Shown here piece after piece: positions 53,936 to 64,000 of a stretch of DNA of 64,000 nt (positions are counted from its first letter, which is position 1; the number at the start of each line of letters is the position of its first letter). The notes beneath the pieces were generated by a model, which saw nothing but the letters and a program-made list of their open reading frames with translations, ran no database searches and was not told where the DNA came from. The DNA is from Leucoraja erinacea (taxonomy: Eukaryota). The stretch lies in assembly GCF_028641065.1 (NCBI RefSeq), contig NC_073410.1, positions 5,828,001-5,892,000 of the forward strand, written 5' to 3'. The position numbers and the translations under genes were made by a program.

Positions 53936-54851
53936 GGAGGAGTTGGCAGCGCTGGCGGCGATCGGCGGTGTGTGAGGAACTGCACGTCTCTCACCGAGAG
54001 GGAAGGTGAAGCAAAGCGAGTCTAGACGGCGAGCCTGAGGGGGCGGTGAAGGAGGGCGGTGAAGGCCCGCCTCTGGGTAGTGGAATGACAGCCAAGAAAT
54101 CTCAGTTTTCCCTCAGAGGAAGCGAGCGTAGTTGTTTGTGTGAAAACTAGAAGAAGTCCTAGTTAGGGAGAAGGATTGAGCCGCGCTGTCCGCACAGGCA
54201 AGGCCTAGGTACGATTTACTGGAACTTTCTAACCGGCATATTACACATAATTATCCAAGTATTTCACTCAGTGCAAATGTTTAAACAGCCGTGTCAATAT
54301 TTATACAACTTTTAAATTCCGCTTCATTTCTTTTGCAAGTCCATACTAATTGGAAGTTTTCGTTCCTGCTATATATAATAAGTGTGTGTGTGTGTAGGAA
54401 ATAACCCAGTGGAGTTGCCAGATTACACACAGCAAGATCATATAATCAGACAACCGGCGAATCTATTCTTGATGGCTGATTGAGGGAAAGATGTTGATCG
54501 GGGTATTCTCTTCATCGTATCCTGGGGTGTTTTAAAGCACGCATTAAATGCAAATTTGAACTTCTGAAAAGTTCAAAGTTGTTTGACTTTTCAAATAACA
54601 AGGTATCCTGAATAAAGCTAGGCTGGTCACTTACTTTATAGACAAATCTCATGAACCAAAAGGCTCCTGACCTAGACAAACAGAAGCGTGCATCCAAATT
54701 TTTAAAAAAAGAAAGAAAAATACTGAAATTTATATATTATGCTAATTCGTCTTTTTATTGAGAATCTCTCAAGGTCTTTAAAAGCCAGGGGCCATTTTTG
54801 TAGTGTAGTCACTGACATGGTGAGAAACGGCAATAATCTCACCCAAGGCTG

Positions 54852-55168
54852 ATTCTTGGTTCTTGGTCCTCCAAAATATTCCAAATGGAATTTAAACTGG
54901 AGGTGGTGAAGGGAGGGCTTAAGCCAGAAAGGGTTATTGGGAAGAAAGAGCTACTTTAAATCATCTGGTTGGGTAACCATAGCAGGGTGGAGGTTATTCC
55001 ATGCTTTAATTGTGCGGGGGAAGGGAGGGCTTAAGCCAGAAAGGGTTATTTCTTGTGTTTAAGAGGGAACTCCAGATCTGGTTGGGTAACCATAGCAGGG
55101 TGGAGATTATTCCATGCTTTAATTGTGCGGGGGAAGGGAGGGCTTAAACCAGAGAGGGTTATTTCTTG
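54852..55168 (-). mobile_element. LINE 3' end with (CCAAGAA)n tail and internal duplications of about 113 bp
   Basis: Same family as about 10273-10470 and 42170-42230; minus strand encodes PRTIKAWNNLHP. Confidence 0.65.
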
Positions 55169-56846
55169 TCAGGGCTGCTTGTCCCGCTGAGTTACTCCAG
55201 CATTTTGTGTCTATCTTTGGTTTAAACCACCATCTGCAGTTACTTCCGACACATGTTGTATTTGAGTGTCAGTTTATAATCTTTGGATCCCATGGGACCA
55301 GCACGGTGGTGCTGCCTGACAGCACCAGCGACCCAGGTTCGATCCTGACCACAGATGCCTACTGTGCGGAGTTTGTACATTCTCCCTGAGACCTGTGGGT
55401 TTCCTCCAGGTGCTACAGTTTCCTCCCACCTCGGTTTACTCCAAAGGTGTACAGGTTTGTAGGTTAATTGACTTTGGTAAAATTGTCCTTGGTGTGTGTA
55501 GGATAGTGTTAGTGTGTGGGGGTTCGCTGATTGGGGTTGATTCGGTGGGCCGAAGGGCCTGTATCTCGAACCTAACCAAAACCATTTAACTTATGGTAAT
55601 ACAATGTGGAGAATTGTATTAATGTGTCATGCTAATCAAATTATACTGCTCTTCAGTCACTTGGCTATATGACTTTTTACAGATGAAAAAATAAAATTTA
55701 AGCCTATAAATTTTAAGCCTAGAATGTTTTATTTCTGATTAATACTGTTAGCTTATTTCCACTGTGGCAGAGAAAGGTATAACATTTGGCTTAATTGTCC
55801 ATATTCAGGGCCAAAATTTACTTTTTTTTCCTTGCCTCTCTTGAACTAACTGTGGATGTTGATTAAGAAATGGGTCATCTCTTTTTTTAATCAGATTTTA
55901 GTAGAGACAGGTCTTGGTCCTTGTAGTGAGTTCCAGGTAGATAGTCAAGTAGCAATATTTCTACCAGGTAGATAGTTAAGTAGCAATGTATTTCAATGTT
56001 GAATACGTGCCAGCATTCTTGGTGCTTTGTGCACGTAACAAATAGGCTCTGCAAAAAAGAATCGTGGAAGTGTGTCCCAATTGTGGCCTGGATTTTTGTT
56101 TAAAAAGAAGCAAATAAAAGTTTACAAAAATACTCAGCACTTTTTTACCCCAATCACAAAATACTGTAAAATTAATTAGAAATCCCACTGATTAAAATTC
56201 CTATTTTATTTTTGAATCTTGTGAAGGCTCAACTTATTACTTCCAACCTCATCTTCCCTTAGACATAAAGCACAGAAACAACATCTATGGGTCACGACAC
56301 GAAACGTTGCCTATTCCTTCTCTCCATAGATTCTGCCTCACCTGCTGAGTTTTTCCAGCATTTTTTGTCTATCTTCAATTGTTCCAGCATCTGTAGTTCT
56401 TTCTTAAACAAGCAGAGAAACACGTCAGGTTGTCCAACAGGACTGTGCTGGTGATGAATTACATGAGTTTCCTTCCGCTTAATCTCAACCACCCTACATA
56501 ATATTGTTTTCATAGTCATAGAGTCTTACAGCGTGGAAGCAGGCCCTTCGGCCCAACTTGTCCAAACCGGGCAATATGTCCCACTTACACTAGTCCCACC
56601 TGCCTGCATTTGGCCCATATATCTCTAAACCTGTCCTTTCCATGTACCTGTCTAAATGTTTCTTGAAAGTTGTGATAGTACCTGCTTCCACTACCTCCTC
56701 TGGCAGCTTGTTCTGTACACCTACCATCTATTTTCATGAAAAAGTTACGCCTTAGGTTCCCATTAAATCTTTCCCCCCATCACCTTAAACCTATGTCCTC
56801 TGGTTCTCGATTCTCCTATTTTGGCAAAACACTCTGTGTATCTACC

Positions 56847-56947
56847 GACATCAGTCTGAAGAAGGGTTTCGGCCCGAAACGTCGCCTATTTTCTTCGCTC
56901 CATAGATGTTGCTGCACCCGCTGAGTTTCTCCAGCAATTTTGTGTAC
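56847..56947 (+). mobile_element. Short Penelope-terminus-derived insertion nested in CR1
   Basis: 13 bp TSD ctgtgtatctacc at 56834-56846 and 56948-56960; intact hammerhead core. Confidence 0.8.
56856..56883 (+). ncRNA. Minimal type I hammerhead ribozyme motif (Penelope-associated)
   Basis: CUGAAGA-A-GGGU(UUCG)GCCC-GAAACGUC: complete core, stem II hairpin, and palindromic ACGU in place of stem III. Confidence 0.65.
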
Positions 56948-59789
56948 CTGTGTATCTACCCGATCTGTTCCTCTAGTGATTTTGTACATGATGTACATTT
57001 TGTCATGATTTTCTCTCGTACTTACCTGGTTTCAGTGGCATTTATTCTTCTAGTATCTGCCACTTTTCTGTGGTAACAAAGGTTGCAAGGTGCAATTATC
57101 GCATTGCTCAACAAGCAGGTTCGTATCTGCAGTTGTGAGAATGGGAAAAGTAAGAAGTGAACAAATTTATTCTGAGATGAGTCAGATTGACCCTCTGGCA
57201 AACAACTGAGTGAAACATTATGGGAGATTGGTCAAACAAATAAATTATGTATTATTTTTGCCTGGTTTTATGAGGCTGTACAGAGCCTTTCTGGGGGAAA
57301 ATGCATAGGTACAGAATCAACCCATTCCTAACCTGAAACCAATTCAGGGAGGCCTAACGTTAGAGGCCATCTATGTGGCTTGAAGCTGAGGGAGATGGTC
57401 TTACCTATGCTTGAATGAATTATTTTCTGGTAGGGTTTGGTATATTTTAATTTATTGGGCCTCAGGACTTAGAAAGGGTTACTTTAATGCCATTCATTTG
57501 GCGATAGCTTTTAAATGAAAATTCTAGAGTTACTACTGACAGTGTGAGGTATTTAAAACCAAAGAATTGAAAACATTTCCCTTACGTGCCCCACAAAAGT
57601 TAAATACATAAAAGGAAACTCCTGCTGTTCATCCAGTCTGCCAAGAAAGCTAAGCATAACCCAATTAATAAGCTGGTAATAGGATTTTCCTTAACATTTA
57701 CAAGACAAAAATCTAATTTTGCAATCATCTCTCCATATAAACAAGGTTCTACATTTGCACTCGACTTATCCCAAGCTCCAAGGAGGTTTCCAAATATATT
57801 TTGGAAGGTGGATAAGATTTTTAAAAATGTAAGTATAAGTGCGTTCTTGGGTAGTAGTCATGGAATATTGAGAGATCATCTTACAACGTAGAGACTTTCC
57901 TTCTTTAAGTAAAATCTATCTCTTTACAATTTTGGAATAAATCCCAGAAAATATATTTGGTCTCATCCTCTTCCTAAATTAACGACTCAAGCAAGCCAAG
58001 ACTATAGAATATTATGGCCCTACCTTGTCTCACGGAGCTTCTTAACAATTAGATATTGCCCAAATGCACAGTGTTTCACAGTTGTATATTGTTTTGCTTC
58101 CCCACTAGTTAGCAAATGTAATTAAAAACACGATAGATGAGGCCAGCTTTATTTTATTTATGTTTGTATCATGTGATTTGAAAGTACCCATCATGTGTTG
58201 GAATACTAATGATGAAATGTCATCATGGATTTACAAACAATTAGTCATGTTTGGGACAATGACCCATCATTTATTTATTTTCCTCTGTACGACACAATTT
58301 GAGATTTGTAATAGAAAAAATCACATGTGGTTAAAGAGCACACTGTCAGATTTCATTTGACATTTTTATGCATTTTGGTTTCACCATGTAGAAATTACAG
58401 CTGGGTGCTTGTCTGTGTAGCGTTTGTACGTTCTCCCCGTGACCTGCATGGGTTTTCTCCGAGAACGTTGGTTTCCTCCCACACTACAAAGACATTGGTT
58501 AATTGGCTTGGTATAAATGTAGAATGATGTCCCAAGGATAGTGTTAATATGCAGGGATCGCCGGTGTAGGTAGGCTGAAGGACTTGTTTTCGCACTGTAT
58601 CTCTAAAGTAAACTAAACTAAAATCACTGTTATCATTATGTTACCGGCAACAGTGGGCCATGTCACTCTGGGCTCATCACCCTGCCCAGAAGTCTACACT
58701 CATCTGAGCCAGAGTCCAGAGACAGTGGATGGCCACAGACACTGCCAGCAGCAGCGAGTCTGGAGCAAGTCTCATTTACCTATTACCCACTATACTTGCT
58801 GATCAATATCGGCTCCAGAAATATCAACACCTGAGATTTAAAGATTCTTCTTCTCAGGTGTAAATCCAGAAGAGAGATTCGTTCTCCTTTGGTTTAAAAA
58901 TATTATTTTCTCTTATTACACTCTGCAAGATGCCCTGCGATATTTCACTGCACCTAAAACGCAGGTTGTTGATACTCTGAATGATTTTGAATTTCGGGTG
59001 GGTATCCAAGTGGATGGATCTTGCCTTATTCACTGGAAGTGGCTTATGATTGATGGGTACCGTGAGTGATGTAATGTTTTATTTGTACCAAACTAAACAT
59101 TTCAATTCAAGGTCAGGTTATAGTGCTCCCTAAAATCATTGCGCTGATCTCATCAATCAGCTCAAGTGAAATAGTACGTTCTTTTATACAATGCTGGAAA
59201 CTTTCCATGGCTAACGGATAATACATTATTCAGGATAGTAACTGATTTATTATTAATAATTTGAGGTCAGGATATCTTGATTTCCCCCCAAAATGTCAAA
59301 TCTTACTTATTGGATCGTACACCTACTTGCAATGTACATCCATTTTATGTGTCATTTCTTAACCGTTTTCTTGGGTAGACCCACGGGCACTCTCTATAAT
59401 ATTTGGTCACATAACCTGAGACGTTAGTAATGTTTCTGGAATATTACATAAATATATAGTAACACAATTTATGTTCCACAATATCAGGTATTGACCAAAA
59501 ATACAGTATGCCTGTGTGCTTTATGGGAACCAAGGCTATGAAAATATACAAAACTGGGAGAATAGTGACCAGGAGAGAGAGAGAAAGCAAGAGATTATCC
59601 ACAGAGCTGTGGCTTCGCAATATTGGGGTAAAATGGAAGCTCGGAAGGGAAATACTGGCGATCAGGAGTTGTGTATTTTCACAGAGCATGGGTCTAGTTT
59701 GGTTGAACAACAGGGATCAGCTGCCAGGAAATGTTTTAAAGTTTATAGTTGCCCAGTTAAGAGGTATCCTGTTGTAAGTGTAATAGACA

Positions 59790-60083
59790 GTCTATGATCA
59801 AAGTCGCTAGAGTAGGGGTGGCCGACATCTGCTGTTTTAGAGTGTCAAACGCTGTCTGTTGTTGCTCATTCCACGTCCAAGCAGAGTCTTTGTGTGTGGG
59901 ATGGTGCAATGGGGTTGATATTTCGCTGAAATCTGGAATGAATTGGCTCAAATACTTCGCCATGCCAAGGAACCTCGGCAAGCTGGGCACATCCGTGGGT
60001 GCTAGAAGTTCATTAATAGCACTGGTTTTCGCTGGATCAGTTTTCATGCCATCCAGTTTAAAATGAATTTCCTTCACACCCAA
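59790..60083 (-). mobile_element. Ty3/Gypsy RT thumb/connection fragment
   Basis: DPAKTSAI...RFLGMAKYLSQFIPDFSEISTPL...WTWNEQQQTAFDTLK. Confidence 0.85.
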
Positions 60084-60599
60084 AATTGGTGTACCCTGTT
60101 GTAAATTCTAAAATTAAGTTTAATCATATAAAATGTCATTCAAAATGATGTTTATGTTACATAAAAATTGTGGCGAAAAGCTAACTGATACAGTGACCAG
60201 ACAGAAAAGGGATGAGACATGAAGTGAGGTTTACTCAGGCCAGAGGGGAAAAGAATACAAAACGTAGCGTTAGATCAAAGAGGATGATGCTGTTTCTACC
60301 GTTTACCTGGTGGGATTTTATTCTGCAGTGAAATAACTTTATAGAAACAAGGAACTGCAGATGCTGGTTTATCACAAAAAAAGCACGAAGGGCTGCAGTT
60401 CATTGTATCTATAAAGTTATTTCACTGCATACAAAAGATGCCCTAATTGTCAGATCTTCGCCTGGATCCGAATATAATAAACATGCTTCACGGACACTGA
60501 ACATAAACACTTTGATTTATTCGTCCACTATTCCTTTTCCCATGTGTCCTCTGACCTCAAACTCGTGCATTCTTGGCTCCTCAATTTGGTAGTCTTGAG

Positions 60600-61300
60600 C
60601 CTGATCCCCCACAGTCTCAACTTCAGTTTGCAGTGTCCTTGGACTATCACAACAGTTGTGCTGTGTGTTGCAAACTCTATATGCTGCCACATATGATAAG
60701 AGCATCTCCTTCCAATCTTTGCCTTCTGCTTGGGCAATTCTCAACCTCTCCTTTGGAGATTGGTTCTAACGTTCCACTTATCCATTAACTTGCGGACACT
60801 TTGGTGTAACTTCGTGATGGTACATACCTGTGCTCTTATTGTAGCCGGCAAACTTCTGAGAAATGAACTGAGGCCCATTGTCTGAATATAATGTCACTGG
60901 TAGACCGTGTCTTGCAAAGATTTCCATCAAAACTGCTACAATCTTTTCCGATGTTGTAAACTTCATTATTGCATACACATAATATCTGCTGTAGTAATCA
61001 ATCACAACTCATATTGATTCTCCTGATTGACGTGAACTAAGAAATTCTACAGCAGCATCTTCCCATGGACCTGTCGGTAACAATGTGCTTGCTATTTGCT
61101 CAGGTGGTATGGGTCTGCTTACCATCTGACATCCATGGCATGACCTTGCATGTCGTTCTACACCTTTTTCCATCCTTGGCCACCATACTTTCGTACGAAG
61201 ATTTTGTTTGGTTCCAACAACTCCTAAATGTCCTTTGTGAGCCAACAATCATCCTTGATCTCAGCTTTGTTGGCACTACATGAAGAACATAGGTGTGTTC
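60600..61300 (-). mobile_element. Decayed Ty3/Gypsy integrase
   Basis: AHKGHLG...WWPRM...CHGCQ zinc finger, then IDYYSRY and SDNGPQF core motifs; stops and frameshifts present. Confidence 0.88.
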
Positions 61301-61494
61301 CACCACAAAGTTACACGAGATCCCATCCTTGTTGCCAATGTCAGATCCTTGCCTTGATATGAATGCAATAAACACGCTTCAAGGTCACGGAACATAAACG
61401 CATTGGTTTATTTGTCTGCCTTTCCTTTTCCCTGGCAACATGTGTCCTCGAACCTTTCTGACTATAGTAACACGTGATACATTTAAACATGTTA

Positions 61495-61772
61495 AGGGCC
61501 TGTCCCACTGTACGAGTTAATTCAAGAGTTCTCCCGAGTTTCCCCTGAATCGAATTTGGAGAATTACGGTAATAGCCGCTCGTAGGTACTCGGGAGAATG
61601 TTAAAAAATCTTCACGAGCTTACCGCGTATCCCGAGTACCTGCCGTTGGCGTTACGAGCCGGTAAGAGATGTCCCGAGCTCCGACGTACCCACTACATAC
61701 TTACCACGAGTTTGATTTTTTTTTTAAACTCGGGAGAGCTCTTGAATTACCTCGTACAGTGGGACAGGCCCT
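61495..61772. mobile_element. MITE, PIF/Harbinger-like
   Basis: TIRs of about 45 bp (agggcctgtcccactgtacgag...) and a TTA duplication. Confidence 0.8.
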
Positions 61773-63212
61773 TTACACTGACACTAATCACTTTGCCATA
61801 TAAAAGATCCCCTAGTCACTTTGCCATACAAAAGATCCCCTAGTCAAGCCAGGCAGTAATTTACTTTCTGGCCTGGTGTGAAAACATAGCTAGGTCGGTG
61901 AAATTTACTCCGACAGCACTTCTCCCAACATTTATATACTACCAGAATACCTCTAAATGCTGCTTTTAATAAGTCACATGATACATTAACCTTATTCAGT
62001 AAAGACCGACTTGGGTAACTCTGTGTTTAAATGTCATTTGCTTAATTTGTAGTTGGCAGCAGAGGTTTTTAATTTCACATTTCAGATAAGAATAATTCAT
62101 CAATCATTGGTGTTTTGCATTTATTATAACGACATTTGGAATGTCACAATGTACCATTTTTAATATATTTGCTAGTTAAGATTAAAATAGCATCATGCCC
62201 AGAACAACCTTGAAATTGCAATTGTTCTTAGTCGGGGTGGTTCTTATAAAATGAAAGTCGAATTAGCCAGTTTGTTACTGATTCTACACAGCCTTTGTAA
62301 TTTGATTAAGGATGATACTGAACTTTTTTCCAAAAATATGTATGTATCCCGAGGATTGAATAGCAAACAATTAACGATTCTTTGGAAAGATTTAACAATG
62401 TTGTGATGAGTAACATGTTTATCTTGTTTTATTTGGCTTTTAATACCTACATTATGAGGATTCTGAGCATTTTCCTGTTACTAATATTGGCATAACTGAT
62501 CCTGAAGTAAGGTTGGAGCTTCATTTGTGTATATTATGTACACTGTACATTAAGCTTTTGGTGAACTGCTCAAAATATTTATGAATTCTTCATAAGCATA
62601 CCTCATAAGTTCTTGCTGTAATCTCCTGAAGGATTCTGGAAATGGCCATCTGTTCTAACAAGATATTTTAGTGTGTGGTCCATATTCTTGACCTAATATA
62701 ACTGGAACTTATGCATGTTAATTTTAGACATTTTAACTCGCTAAGAAATTGCAAACAGGAGAATATTTCTTATCACATCCTTTATGGATTTAAATATCTT
62801 TTATCTTAGAATTTGTTTATCAAGAAGAGCATTGCAAAACATTTGGCGAATTGCTTTAAGTAAAAAACAAACAATGTTTGCCTATTACAAATTATTTGTG
62901 GTACCATTTCACTTTATCATATCTTTAAATAGGAATCAAAGTAAAATGAGTGTGTTGCAATAATAATAACATTTCAGTTTGCTTTCTCTCCCTGCCTCTT
63001 TTCCTACCTCCCCTCTTGTTATCTTGGGAATGTGGTAACGTTGCCTGCCACATTGCTGCTAACTAGAAAGCTGCAGGAATTTGATGCAATGAGGGTGAAA
63101 ATACAGCTGTATGTTCAAATAAGGATAATTCATGGTGAGGCTATTTTGCATCTAATTCTCTTTTATGTTAAATTCTTGAGAGCACTCATACTGCTGTGTT
63201 GGAAAGCAATCA

Positions 63213-63481
63213 CAGTGCCCTCCATAATGTTTGGGACAAAGACCCATCATGTATTTATGTGCCTCTGTACTCCACAATTTGAGATTTGTATAAACTTTGA
63301 GATATGTATAAACACGGCTGTAATTTCTACATGGTGAAACAAAATTGTATAAAAATACCCTTTAATAAAATCTAACAATTTGTACTTTAACCACGTGATT
63401 TTTTCTATTAGAAATCTCAAATTGTGGAGAGGCAAATAATTAAATGATGGGTCTTTGTCCCAAACATTATGGAGGGCACTG
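63213..63481. mobile_element. Tc1-derived MITE
   Basis: Terminal inverted repeats cagtgccctccataatgtttgggacaaagaccc; same terminus as the 31277 element. Confidence 0.85.
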
Positions 63482-64000
63482 TATTTATTTGTTCTTATTA
63501 AACTCTACCTATCAGTGTTTGCCCACCCTACCTGCAGGATATTTCAAATCTCAGCACTGATAATAATTGTCTTCAAGTCCTATACTTGTCTAAATTGCTT
63601 TCTGCTTACCTGTTCATTCTAATTTACCATTGAACTGCAGCCGTCAGCTTTTACTCTGATAATATGCATCAGGAATGTGCATGTTTCAGAATTAAAATAA
63701 TTAATATTTGAAAGTGCAAATGTTCATGTGCAGAATTCTAAATGGCCCAATTTGACAGGGCTTGCCTGCACTTGCCTGGAGGCTAGATTGTTTGATACCC
63801 ACGCCAAGATGATGCACCTTCAAGTCGAGTTCAAGTGAGTTTATTGTCATGTGTCCCTGTATAGGACAATGAAATTCTTGCTTTGCTTAAGCACACAGAA
63901 AATAGTAGGCATTTACTACAAAACAGATAAATGTGTCCATATACCATGATATAAATATATACACACATGAATAAATAAACTGGTAAAGTGCAAATAACAG

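Noticed and set aside
53337-54025. Overlapping 130-177 aa ORFs on both strands; superficially array-like repeat
   Set aside because: Stop-poor GC minisatellite with no unique spacers, so neither coding nor a CRISPR array.
57410-57470. VWYILI peptide reminiscent of the P4HA1 N-terminus, the expected syntenic neighbour
   Set aside because: No start codon or continuing similarity; treated as chance. No P4HA1 exon is supported in this window.

Overview
Intron-rich, repeat-dense vertebrate DNA. The repeat families (CR1, Rex1-like and Penelope elements, tRNA-headed SINEs) suggest a cartilaginous fish such as a skate or ray; this is inference. Four spliced genes were reconstructed by hand from GT-AG boundaries and frame continuity. 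(1) The first two coding exons of an HGSNAT-like gene (- strand, 8050-6331); its remaining exons were not found in the window. (2) A complete 13-exon ECD (ecdysoneless; +, 11758-27305, 646 aa). (3) A complete 3-exon divergent SLC35D3-like nucleotide-sugar transporter (-, 34661-29275, 326 aa). (4) A complete 8-coding-exon NUDT13 (-, 50678-39105, 329 aa). The most striking non-genic signal is a family of roughly 100-230 bp ORF-less, often fold-back insertions with 11-16 bp target-site duplications. They carry a minimal hammerhead-ribozyme motif (CUGAnGA-stem II-GAAACGUC) and can be tied to the 3' end of a Penelope-like element in the same window. Also present are a triplicated CRE/CCAAT/CLEAR-type promoter module, a 56-57 bp GC-rich minisatellite, a 329 bp tandem duplication, MITEs, and Tc1 and Gypsy remnants. 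Homology calls come from recalled protein motifs, not database searches. Repeat boundaries are approximate unless defined by TSDs.
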